Origin: Bdellovibrionales bacterium
GTDB taxonomy: Bacteria > Bdellovibrionota > Bdellovibrionia > Bdellovibrionales > JAUICD01
Direction of reading: 5' to 3'
NCBI GenBank assembly: GCA_965197425.1
Contig: CBDANC010000013.1
Location: 226,243-290,242 of the forward strand
Length of the DNA: 64,000 bases
The notes under the pieces were generated by a model, which had not been told where the DNA came from, made no database searches, and saw only the letters and a program-made list of their open reading frames with translations. A program made the translations under genes and the position numbers. This document shows positions 37,762-46,589 of the stretch, piece after piece. Positions within the stretch are counted from its first letter, which is position 1; each line of letters begins with the position of its first letter.

Positions 37762-38625
37762 CTAGAGTGTTTTAACGAAAGCTGTTAAATATTGTTTAAA
37801 TTCATCTGCAATTTCAGGGTGCTCTAACCCTAGTTCAATGTTTGCCTTTAAAAGGCCTAATTTATTGCCTGTATCAAACCTACGATTTTTGCACTGTTTT
37901 GCTATCAGTTTTTCTTGTTTTGCTAGAATATTTATAGCACAGGAAAGACCCATTTCCCCACTGTCATTGAAGTTAGGATTTTTTATAATATCCATTATTT
38001 CATTATTAAAAACATATCTTCCTGGTAATATCCATGTACTATCGCTGGTTTTTGGTTTTTCCACTACCTTTTCTACCTTATAGATTGTGCTTTCTATTGG
38101 TGTTACATGTGCTACACCATATTTACTTACTTCCGAGGGTTTTACATCCAGAATTGAAACCGTGTTTTGCTTAAATTTTTCAAATGTTAAAATAAGCTCT
38201 TTCGTTGTATTAGGAGAACCCACCATTATTTCATCTGGCAGTAAGACAGCAAAAGGATCCATACCAACTACTGACCTGGCACAATAAATGGCATGCCCTA
38301 GACCCAGAGGTTTTTTTTGCCTTACTGATATGATATTTGTCTTGTTATAGATGTTTTGCACTGTTTTTAACAGTGTATTCTTGTTTTGTTTTTGCAAGTT
38401 GTATTCTAGCTCAAAGGAAACATCAAATAGGTCTTCTATAGAGTTTTTATGGCGCCCTTGTACAAATATTATTGTTGTAATTCCAGCTTCGAGAGCTTCT
38501 TCAACCACATAGAGTATTGACGGTTTATCTACTATATGCAGCATTTCTTTTGGAATATTTTTACTAGCTGGTAATAGCCTTGTACCAAGGCCTGCAACAG
38601 GAATTACAGCTTTTGTAATCTTCAT
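37762..38625 (-). CDS. galU: UTP--glucose-1-phosphate uridylyltransferase
   Basis: Begins MKITKAVIPVAGLGTRLLPASKNIPKEMLHIVDKP, which is diagnostic. ATG at 38625. Confidence 0.9.
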   Translation of the reverse strand: MKITKAVIPVAGLGTRLLPASKNIPKEMLHIVDKPSILYVVEEALEAGITTIIFVQGRHKNSIEDLFDVSFELEYNLQKQNKNTLLKTVQNIYNKTNIISVRQKKPLGLGHAIYCARSVVGMDPFAVLLPDEIMVGSPNTTKELILTFEKFKQNTVSILDVKPSEVSKYGVAHVTPIESTIYKVEKVVEKPKTSDSTWILPGRYVFNNEIMDIIKNPNFNDSGEMGLSCAINILAKQEKLIAKQCKNRRFDTGNKLGLLKANIELGLEHPEIADEFKQYLTAFVKTL

Positions 38626-38703
38626 ACAAGTTGTAGTTAGGACTATAAAAAAGTTCAAGTCAAGCAAAGAAAGTTACAGGTTTGTGGGTAACTAAAAATT
38701 CAC

Positions 38704-38732
38704 TTGAAAGAATAAGGATGGTTTACTATAAA
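38704..38732 (+). promoter_or_regulatory. sigma-70-like promoter for tRNA-Arg
   Basis: TTGAAA (38704-38709), 17-nt spacer, TATAAA (38727-38732). It ends 10 nt before the mature tRNA 5' end. Confidence 0.5.
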
Positions 38733-38742
38733 TTAGTTTTTT

Positions 38743-38819
38743 GGTTCGGTAGCTCAATTGGATAGAGCATCTGCCTTCTAAGCAGAGGGTTGCAGGTTCG
38801 AGTCCTGCCCGAATCACCA
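38743..38819 (+). tRNA. tRNA-Arg (anticodon UCU), CCA encoded
   Basis: Hand-folded cloverleaf. Acceptor ggttcgg/ccgaatc (one G-U pair), D stem gctc/gagc, anticodon stem tctgc/gcaga with loop cTTCTaa, T arm gcagg-ttcgagt-cctgc, discriminator A, then CCA. Confidence 0.9.
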
Positions 38820-38969
38820 CTTTCAAAATAAAATGATACAACCCTACCTTCTAACAAGAGGGTTACATGCTTCTAAGTCCTGCCCGAATCACCACTTTCA
38901 AAATAAAATGATACAACCCTACCTTCTAACAAGAGGGTTACATGCTTCTAAGTCCTAGCCGAATCACCA
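38820..38969 (+). repeat. two tandem 75-bp units, each a degenerate copy of the 3' ~60 nt of tRNA-Arg
   Basis: Units are 38820-38894 and 38895-38969 and differ at 1 position. Each ends gtcct(g/a)gccgaatcacca and retains ccttctaa and agagggtt, but the T stem is destroyed (acatgcttctaagtcctgc). Confidence 0.85.
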
Positions 38970-39103
38970 CTTCCATCAATCAAACTTATGATGACTTTGA
39001 ATTTCAAATTTACGATTACAGATCAAATGACAAAACTTAAAATACTCTAAAAGAATGTGGAAAAAAGATAACAGAACAAAATTATTTAGAGGAGAACATT
39101 TAG

Positions 39104-40114
39104 TTATCTGTTAATGAGTCTAACACCATTTTTTAATTCATTATATCTGTCAATATCACCTTGAGATAACCCATTTACCGCTTCATAAGAGGGTAATACA
39201 GCCTTCATTATACTTGCATCATCACCTGTACTGTGCGTAATACCTAGAACATGCCCTAACTCATGTGCCATAATACCAACAAAATGTGCAGCACGATGCC
39301 TACTGCCACCACCTGCTCTAAAGCTTTCCAAACTTCTCATAAATGCCTGTTGAACAGGACTGTTTGGAACAGAACAGTTAACAAAGCAATCAAAAAAGAA
39401 TGTGATGCCAGAAGACTCATCACCACTTTCCCTAAAGTCATTTATTACAATGTCACCCTCAATAAACCTACCAACATACGTATACATGGTACACGCAAAA
39501 CCAGATGCCTGATTCCTGTCTCCTATATTGTTATTTTTGTTCCAATAAATAGTAGAGTAGCCATCACCAGAAGCTGATCCCTCGCTAGTAGAAGTAGTTG
39601 GGGGTTCAATTACATTAAAAATATCCTTGCCTATTCCATTTTCCCAAACTGCAATTGCATCCTCTATCAGCTCCTTATACCTGTCACCAACCTCAAGTCT
39701 AGTTGGATCTGAACTATAAATACTATCATCTATCACCAAATCTATAGGAACATCATCACCAGCCCCTGCATTGGATCTATAGGCTAACATAGGATTGTAC
39801 TGCGAAACACCAATGCCCTTACCCCTAGCCGATGAATCATAATTTTCTTGACCAGGCATACCTTGTTTCATATTGCTAGACTTATCTGGAATTGGAATAG
39901 GATCATCTGTGCGAATTATTGTTGTATGGGACGAACTAATACAAGCAGGATCTAGATCAAAAGGGTTAAAAGATGTATAAGACCTGCCACTATGCTTTGA
40001 AGAACCAAGAGAAGGACTAGAAGAATTGTCTATATGACCTGCACAATTCTGATAACCTAAAATCAAAAATACACCCATCAAGGCAAAGGCAAAAACAATC
40101 AACTTAGAACGCAT
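39104..40114 (-). CDS. secreted zinc metalloprotease (metzincin)
   Basis: 336 aa. Signal FAFALMGVFLILGYQNC. HELGHVLGITHS (HExxHxxGxxH) followed by an SIM Met-turn candidate. Confidence 0.8.
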   Translation of the reverse strand: MRSKLIVFAFALMGVFLILGYQNCAGHIDNSSSPSLGSSKHSGRSYTSFNPFDLDPACISSSHTTIIRTDDPIPIPDKSSNMKQGMPGQENYDSSARGKGIGVSQYNPMLAYRSNAGAGDDVPIDLVIDDSIYSSDPTRLEVGDRYKELIEDAIAVWENGIGKDIFNVIEPPTTSTSEGSASGDGYSTIYWNKNNNIGDRNQASGFACTMYTYVGRFIEGDIVINDFRESGDESSGITFFFDCFVNCSVPNSPVQQAFMRSLESFRAGGGSRHRAAHFVGIMAHELGHVLGITHSTGDDASIMKAVLPSYEAVNGLSQGDIDRYNELKNGVRLINR

Positions 40115-40460
40115 TATAAGACACCTCCATTTTGCAAATATTTATCCAACAAGACCAACCCAAAATACAACCCCCCAACCTACAAAGATTAACAGAATCT
40201 AAAGCACAAGAAAATCCAAAACATCTTATAAGAAGAAAACAATACCTTTAGTCTAAAAAATTATTCCCACAATCTTTAAAAATTTTGAACTCACCATTAT
40301 TCACAACAAATACCGCTTTTAAAAGTTTAATAATCGCACAAGTCACAGATAACATTGTCAAAAAATTAAAATGGTTTCATAAATTATAAATATAAACAAT
40401 GTAACAACAAAGTTTTTACTTGAATTCTGTTCAAGTTTGTTACAAGTTTACTGCAAATAT

Positions 40461-41162
40461 ATGACAAATACGGTCACAAACAATACAATCGCAGCTTTGT
40501 TATATTTGCTGTTTTCAAGTCCAGTGTTTGCCAAAACAAACTGTGTTAACTCACTTGAGCCTTACTCTGCACACGACATACAAAATATAGACTTAACGTC
40601 ACAATTTAAAACCGCAATCTTGGATCAAGACACAAACAAGGTAAGAGCCTTGTTACTAAATGGCGCTGATCCAAATAAGAAAATTGGTGATATAGAAACG
40701 CCACTCTTTCATGCTGTGTGGAGCAAAAATATAGGGCTTGTAAAAACTCTATTACAATCAGATGAGATTGATGTTAATGCAACAACTAATTGGATACGCG
40801 ATAAAAAGACAACTGCACTGATGCTGGCCTCTGAGAAAGGACTTTTGAAAATAGCCAGTTCGCTAATAGAGCACCCAAAAATTAAGCTGAATTTTCAAAA
40901 TCACAAAGGGCATACAGCATTAATGATAGCTATTATAAAACGTAATGTATCTGTTGTGGAATTTCTTATAAACATTAAGGGCATTAATCTACTTATAAGA
41001 GACAATGAAGACAGAGACACACTACAAATAGCACTGAACCTTAACCATACCACCAGCAATGATATTATCAAAATCATCTTAGACAGCAAGGCATATAACA
41101 GGTTGAGTCCGCAATACCGCAACAAATACGACAATATACTCAATAAAAAAAAGTTCTATTAA
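40461..41162 (+). CDS. exported ankyrin-repeat protein
   Basis: ATG at 40461. Signal IAALLYLLFSSPVFA. ANK repeats (ETPLFHAVWSKN, TTALMLASEKG, HTALMIAIIKRN). Confidence 0.82.
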   Translation: MTNTVTNNTIAALLYLLFSSPVFAKTNCVNSLEPYSAHDIQNIDLTSQFKTAILDQDTNKVRALLLNGADPNKKIGDIETPLFHAVWSKNIGLVKTLLQSDEIDVNATTNWIRDKKTTALMLASEKGLLKIASSLIEHPKIKLNFQNHKGHTALMIAIIKRNVSVVEFLINIKGINLLIRDNEDRDTLQIALNLNHTTSNDIIKIILDSKAYNRLSPQYRNKYDNILNKKKFY

Positions 41163-41219
41163 AAAACTATTGCCTTGTAGGTACAAACAAAAATTTCAGC
41201 TTTTTATATACATCCAAAG

Positions 41220-42107
41220 CTACGAAGACCTTTTGATTTGAATAATTTGACTACCATAAAATATAGCACCCAAGGTTATGACAGCACCTAGCAGTTTCGA
41301 TGCGTTTATAGGTTCATTAAATAAAATTGCACCCATTATAAATGCTGTAATAGGCTGAATTAGTAAAATCAAACCACTACTTGCAACTGGTATCTTAGTC
41401 AAATTAGTAGATATTACTACCCAACCAATAACTTGGCAAACTACTGCAATTGATATAAGCCACAACCACTGTTCACCCTCTGGGACATAAAATGCCCCGT
41501 CAATTGAGTACTGTACAACACCAGAAATAACACCAGAAGAACCACACACTATAACAAACAATATTAACAACGAAGAAATACCTTCACCCCTACCCTTTCT
41601 AGACAACAAAAAAGTGAAAATGGCATATGCTACCCCACCAATTAATGCAAATATGACCCCTCTAAAATAATGTGGGTAACCCTCAAGTGTTAAACCACCA
41701 ACCAAAAATTTTAAGCCAATCATAACTAATATGAACGACAAAATATTTTTTAAACCCATCCTATCTTTGTCAAAAAAATGCCCCAACAACATTAAATAAA
41801 ATACCTGTGTATTAGCCAAAATAGTACTAATACCAGCACCAGCATCCAGGATAGCTTGATGCCAAAAGATCATGTCTATCCCAAAAACTGCACCCACAAT
41901 TAAGTACATAACAATCTTTTTTTTAGAGATACGATACTTGCCTAAAAATAATAGCCAGACAAAAAAGATAATCGCACTTAAACTAAGACGATAAAATGCA
42001 ATCCACCCACCAGCTTCAATATCTGCAAGAGTGGCAAAGATAGGAGCAAAGCCTATACAAAAAGCCCCAAAAACCATCTGTAACTTGTACTTTAAAACAT
42101 CCGGCAT
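41220..42107 (-). CDS. DMT-superfamily (EamA-like) transporter
   Basis: 295 aa with about 10 TM helices in two homologous halves. Confidence 0.75.
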   Translation of the reverse strand: MPDVLKYKLQMVFGAFCIGFAPIFATLADIEAGGWIAFYRLSLSAIIFFVWLLFLGKYRISKKKIVMYLIVGAVFGIDMIFWHQAILDAGAGISTILANTQVFYLMLLGHFFDKDRMGLKNILSFILVMIGLKFLVGGLTLEGYPHYFRGVIFALIGGVAYAIFTFLLSRKGRGEGISSLLILFVIVCGSSGVISGVVQYSIDGAFYVPEGEQWLWLISIAVVCQVIGWVVISTNLTKIPVASSGLILLIQPITAFIMGAILFNEPINASKLLGAVITLGAIFYGSQIIQIKRSS

Positions 42108-42338
42108 GAGGGCATTTTAAAGCCAAGCACAAAATATGTCCCCTAAATTTTTTTATTTCTAGGCCACTACCCTAATGCCCGCCTTATACAATCTTTGCTC
42201 AATAATAGGCATCACTCTATCTACATACTCATTGTGTATAACTGGGATTTTTAAATCCCTTATGAATGGAAACTCCCTACAAACTCCGGATAACTAAGCC
42301 TCCAAAGGTCCAGAATCTCAGTATCCCACAACAACTTC

Positions 42339-42662
42339 CTATGATTCTAGGTTTTCATTACAAGTTTTTATCACACTAAAAGCCACTTCCTCATAAGGAT
42401 GTGCCTCTTTCATTGCCTTAATCACTCCCTCTACATGCTCATCTTCACATACCATCTCAACTTTATATTCCTCTAACTTTTCAAGTTTACCTTCACTACC
42501 AATGTGGGGTTTGCTGCCAGATAGCGGACAAAATTGACCTGTGCCCTTTAACTCAAAAGAACACGAACCATACCGACCCATCCTTCCAGCATTCGCACGA
42601 AACATAGCCTCTTTGACCTTCTCTTTATCCGAAGGTGGCACATAAAATGAAATCAAATACAT
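42339..42662 (-). CDS. stand-alone Nif3/YqfO cap (PII-like insert) domain protein
   Basis: 107 aa. The pattern FYVP....K.VKEAMF.A.AGR.G.Y..CSF...GTGQF.P..GS.P.IG..G.LE...E.K.EMV.......V..AMK.AHPYEEVAF matches the insert domain of long Nif3 proteins as I remember it. Confidence 0.65.
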   Translation of the reverse strand: MYLISFYVPPSDKEKVKEAMFRANAGRMGRYGSCSFELKGTGQFCPLSGSKPHIGSEGKLEKLEEYKVEMVCEDEHVEGVIKAMKEAHPYEEVAFSVIKTCNENLES

Positions 42663-42686
42663 ACTATGCCTAGCTCCATAACAAAA

Positions 42687-43949
42687 TTATACACCCAACT
42701 TTTTTATAATCTTACTAGACATGGTTTTAATTTCTCTTTTATATTTTTCAAAATCAATCTCACCTAACTGCTTTAACTTAGAACCTTGTCCTTTTTTAGA
42801 AGAATTACCATCATCTGTATACTTTTGAACTAAAGAGTATGCGTTTTTACGAGACATGTTTTTATCGATAAGTTTCAACAAAAGTTTTGAGCTTAATATA
42901 TTCCTTTCAGATTTTTCTAAGTTTTCTTTCATGCGAGTTTTATTTACTTTTAAGTTTTTTATAACATCAGCCATTCTATGTACTGCATAATCTAAAACTA
43001 GAAATGCATCCGGGAATATAACCCTCTCAACACTAGAGTGGCTAATATCTCTTTCGTGCCAAAGAGTTATGTTTTCCATCACTGGCACCATATAACCTCT
43101 AAGCAACCTGGAGATACCACATAGATTTTCAGATGATACTGGATTTTTTTTGTGAGGCATTGCACTGCTACCATGTTGATCCTTGGAAAACCCCTCACTT
43201 ACCTCTCCTACCTCAGTTCGCTGCAGATGCCTAAGCTCAGTAGCAAGCCTCTCTATCCCTGTTTGATACTGCACCAGAGACAAAATAACTTCCGCATGCC
43301 TATCTCTAGGTATAACCTGTGTTGCCACTACTTCCGACGTAAGCCCAAATCTACTAGCTACATTTTTTTCAACCAAAGGCGGGATTAAATTATACGCCCC
43401 AACAGTCCCAGATAATTTACATATCTTGAACTGATCTATAGCGCGTTTCACCCTAATACTATTTCTTCTTAACTCTGCCAAATGCCCTGCCATCTTCAAC
43501 CCAAATGTGGTTATATCAGCATGCATTCCATGAGTTCTACCAACACAAATTGTTCCACTATGATTTTTAATCAAGCTACCAAGGGAGGCTTCCAATTTTT
43601 TAAATCCCTTATCCAGTAACTTAAAAGCCTCTATAACTTGCAAACTTAGAGCAGTGTCCAACACATCAGAGCTGGTAAGACCATAATGTATAAACCCACC
43701 ATATTTTTTTATACTGGATTCTAATACAGCAACAAAAGCTGCTACATCGTGCTTTGTCCTAGTTTCTATAGATTTAATTTTAGTTTCATTAAATTTAGCT
43801 TTTTGTATCGCCAGACCCGCAGCCTTAGGAATAATCCCACAAGAGGCCTGAACTAAGGCAACTTCCTTTTCCACTTGCAACATAAAACCAAGCCTGGCCT
43901 CTGTAGACCAGACAAGTGCCATTTCTTCCCTGCTGTAACGAGAAATCAA
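42687..43949 (-). CDS. purB: adenylosuccinate lyase
   Basis: 420 aa. ISRYSREEMALVWS N-terminus. Fumarate-lyase signature GSSAMPHKKNP. TTG start. Confidence 0.9.
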   Translation of the reverse strand: MISRYSREEMALVWSTEARLGFMLQVEKEVALVQASCGIIPKAAGLAIQKAKFNETKIKSIETRTKHDVAAFVAVLESSIKKYGGFIHYGLTSSDVLDTALSLQVIEAFKLLDKGFKKLEASLGSLIKNHSGTICVGRTHGMHADITTFGLKMAGHLAELRRNSIRVKRAIDQFKICKLSGTVGAYNLIPPLVEKNVASRFGLTSEVVATQVIPRDRHAEVILSLVQYQTGIERLATELRHLQRTEVGEVSEGFSKDQHGSSAMPHKKNPVSSENLCGISRLLRGYMVPVMENITLWHERDISHSSVERVIFPDAFLVLDYAVHRMADVIKNLKVNKTRMKENLEKSERNILSSKLLLKLIDKNMSRKNAYSLVQKYTDDGNSSKKGQGSKLKQLGEIDFEKYKREIKTMSSKIIKKLGV

Positions 43950-44056
43950 CCAAAACCCCTACGAGCGGAGTGTCCGCTGCCGAAGCTAGATGTAAACGAA
44001 CTAATATGAGTTTTCAAGGAAAAAAGAAACGAAGCATCGTGGTAAAGCAACTCTCA

Positions 44057-44173
44057 AAGGTCTTCCTAGCAAGGTCAATAAGATGGATTGGTGAAACACA
44101 ACACGAAGTGCAAGTGAAACCAAAACATCTTTTGACCGAGTGGATGCCCAGCTATACACATGTCATCAAACTC
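44057..44173 (+). repeat. A-element copy (diverged)
   Basis: Starts AAGGTCTTCCTAGC and ends GGATGCCCAGCTATACACATGTCATCAAACTC. Lies in the 243-bp gap 5' of purB. Confidence 0.55.
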
Positions 44174-44192
44174 ATCCCCAAGAAAACCAATT

Positions 44193-44870
44193 TTAAGGCT
44201 GATGCTTTAACTTATCTATTGTATGAACTGCTTCTTCCAAATCTTTTGCGAATTGTTCCCTTAGAGCATTTTCCTTTCTCTTACAGGAGACAAGCTGATT
44301 TTCTAAATGAATAACTTTTTTTCTTAACTCTTGGACGGCGTTTTTAAAATATTGAACTTCTTCTAGATGTTTTTGTTTCACCTCATTTTGTGAATCAACT
44401 TGTTTTTTTAATCCATCAATATAAAGCCTTACATAGAAAGAAATCCTATTCTTAAACCTGTTAAGCAAGGCTAATTTTTTTGTAGTAGTTTTAAAATTTT
44501 CCTCTTGAAGAGAGTAAATTTCATAGAGTCTGGCATATTTTGCCTCACTCTCACTGAGTTTGCCCGATATATCCTTTAAACCTAAACTGCTATTGCTGTT
44601 TTCGTTTCTTAAGATATCTAGCTCATCATCCATGCTTCTGGTTTTTTGTTTTAAATAATTATTTTCTTCTTCTATTTGAGATACTCTGGTTTCTAGGTTT
44701 GCATTTCTTCTTAACGCAACAGACAACCTATACATAAGATCTGTGTTCTGAGTTAATACCTCATCCACAGTCTCAGAAAGATGGTTAGGCTTACCAACCT
44801 GCACGGGAACAGGAATCTCATCTGGAGTAGGTACACTCTCAAGCTCTTCTGATATAATCTCTTCAGACAT
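44193..44870 (-). CDS. coiled-coil protein of unknown function
   Basis: 225 aa. Acidic N-terminus followed by heptad-rich helices. GAAGG SD. Confidence 0.55.
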   Translation of the reverse strand: MSEEIISEELESVPTPDEIPVPVQVGKPNHLSETVDEVLTQNTDLMYRLSVALRRNANLETRVSQIEEENNYLKQKTRSMDDELDILRNENSNSSLGLKDISGKLSESEAKYARLYEIYSLQEENFKTTTKKLALLNRFKNRISFYVRLYIDGLKKQVDSQNEVKQKHLEEVQYFKNAVQELRKKVIHLENQLVSCKRKENALREQFAKDLEEAVHTIDKLKHQP

Positions 44871-44939
44871 GTACCTTCAATTTTTATAAAAAAGGAGGAG
44901 TTCATCAAAACTTATTATAATTTCAGGCCAAAAGACTGG

Positions 44940-45887
44940 TCAAAGGATTGGGTTTGACTCTGTATGATTAAGGTTTTGAAATTTTACTTCGTTCTGACCC
45001 AATTTGCTTAAAGCTAATTGTACATAATCTCGATTTATATCGTATCCAATATATTTTCGGCCCTTACCTTGTGCTGACAGTGCAGTAGTCCCACTTCCAA
45101 TAAATGGGTCTAACACTATATCTCCATGAAAGGAGTAGAGTTCAATAAGACGAGAAGGAAGTTCTAAAGGAAAAGGTGCAGGGTGACCAGCTTTCTTAGC
45201 ACTTGTAGTATTAAATTTCCAGATACTCTTTGTGTATTCTAAGAATTGATCTCTATCGATTTCTTGTTTTTGAGAGGAAGTTCTGTTATAAATCCCCTTA
45301 CAAAAAACCAAAATGTATTCATGTACATCCCTAAGTACAGGATTACTAGCTGATCGCCAACTACCCCAAGCACATGAAACACCTGCACTTGCCCCTTTAT
45401 CCCATATGATTTCACCTCTCATAAGAAAACCACAATTTAAGGCTATTTCGATAACATGTGAGTGAAGAGGTATGTAAGGAGTTCTACCTATGTTTGCAAT
45501 GTTGATACATGCCCTACCACCTACTACCAACACTCTGTAAACTTCATTCAAAACATCAAATAGCAAGCTTTTATACTCGTCAAAGGATAAATCACTATCA
45601 TAATCTTTGCCCACATTGTAAGGAGGAGAGGTCACCATTAAGTGAACAGATTTATCTGGCAAATGCTTCATATTTCTACTATCATGGCAGTAAATCACAT
45701 CAACTTTATCCGGGCAGTTCCAATCGTAATTAACTTCACTTTGTGTTGCTTTTTTCTTCTCATACATTTTACGACCATAGAACCTAGAAGAATCATGACC
45801 TTCCCTTGTGGGTGTGCCAAAAGATTGGGTTTCGCTTTTATTTGTACTTTTTTTGCGTTCTATTTTTCTTCCCATAGTTCTATCCAT
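44940..45887 (-). CDS. DNA methyltransferase, beta class (motif IV before motif I), SPPY
   Basis: MVTSPPYNVGKDY (motif IV) at about aa 85 and VLDPFIGSGTTALSA (motif I) at about aa 260. This is the N6_N4_Mtase architecture. Confidence 0.85.
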   Translation of the reverse strand: MDRTMGRKIERKKSTNKSETQSFGTPTREGHDSSRFYGRKMYEKKKATQSEVNYDWNCPDKVDVIYCHDSRNMKHLPDKSVHLMVTSPPYNVGKDYDSDLSFDEYKSLLFDVLNEVYRVLVVGGRACINIANIGRTPYIPLHSHVIEIALNCGFLMRGEIIWDKGASAGVSCAWGSWRSASNPVLRDVHEYILVFCKGIYNRTSSQKQEIDRDQFLEYTKSIWKFNTTSAKKAGHPAPFPLELPSRLIELYSFHGDIVLDPFIGSGTTALSAQGKGRKYIGYDINRDYVQLALSKLGQNEVKFQNLNHTESNPIL

Positions 45888-45931
45888 TTCTTATACAAAA
45901 ACTCTTGCTTATTTAATTTTTTATCTCTCAT

Positions 45932-46375
45932 CTAATTAATCGATAGATATAATGTGTCAGAGTGGCTTTTCAACTGCTTTAATGCTTTGCTTTGTATTTC
46001 TATACCCCTGGCATTAGTGCCACGTTTTGGAACTTTTAAATATTTTTCTTCCCCCAAAATTTTCAATATTTTCTTCTGAATATCTACAGGAATAAAATAA
46101 AATCCACCCGCAATTGTATTCCATTGAATTTGAACTAACAATAAATGACAAGCTGGAACATATTCTTCAACAAATATTTTTGTTTTATCCCAATCAACAG
46201 TCCAAGCGATCTTTACTCCAGCATCACTAGAATCAGTTTTAGTTTTGATTGAAATTGGCTGATCCTTCACATAAATATCTGTTTCATGTTCAGTTGTATC
46301 TGGAAAAGTAACAGCTTTGCTTCCAAAAGTGTGCATTAAAAGAGCTGCCAAAACTCTCTCCCTTGCAACACCCAC
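45932..46375 (-). CDS. putative small type II restriction endonuclease
   Basis: 147 aa, 44 bp upstream of the methyltransferase on the same strand. PD-(D/E)xK-like spacing ETDIYVKDQPISIKTK. No other recognised motif. GTG start. Confidence 0.4.
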   Translation of the reverse strand: MGVARERVLAALLMHTFGSKAVTFPDTTEHETDIYVKDQPISIKTKTDSSDAGVKIAWTVDWDKTKIFVEEYVPACHLLLVQIQWNTIAGGFYFIPVDIQKKILKILGEEKYLKVPKRGTNARGIEIQSKALKQLKSHSDTLYLSIN

Positions 46376-46589
46376 TTCCCATGTCTATTCTATTCCCTCT
46401 TGTACTTTCCAATTCTACTATATTAAACAACTTGGGTAGCTTGTGTTATATTTTATCACTAAAGGGGTGTGAAAATAGCTTGTCAATAAACATCGGCGTC
46501 ATATTACAAACTGGGACAGTTTGTAGCAAGTTTTTTAATTCAAAAAGCCTATGGGGGGTCTGTTTGAAGTTAATCGGATAGGCAAAGGG

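Noticed and set aside
38820-38969. The 75-bp tandem units and the 206-bp-spaced A-element pair considered as a CRISPR array
   Set aside because: There are only two units each. The units are tRNA-derived or 123 bp long, there are no short unique spacers of uniform length, and no cas genes are in the window.
38743-41162. Intact integrative element or prophage at the tRNA-Arg
   Set aside because: No integrase, excisionase, phage or conjugation genes follow the tRNA, and I saw no distal copy of the tRNA 3' end within the window. Only the att-like scars are reported.
43916-44314. 132-aa plus-strand ORF spanning the purB start, the intergenic gap and the coiled-coil gene end
   Set aside because: It overlaps two supported minus-strand genes and an A-element, and has no SD or recognisable domain.
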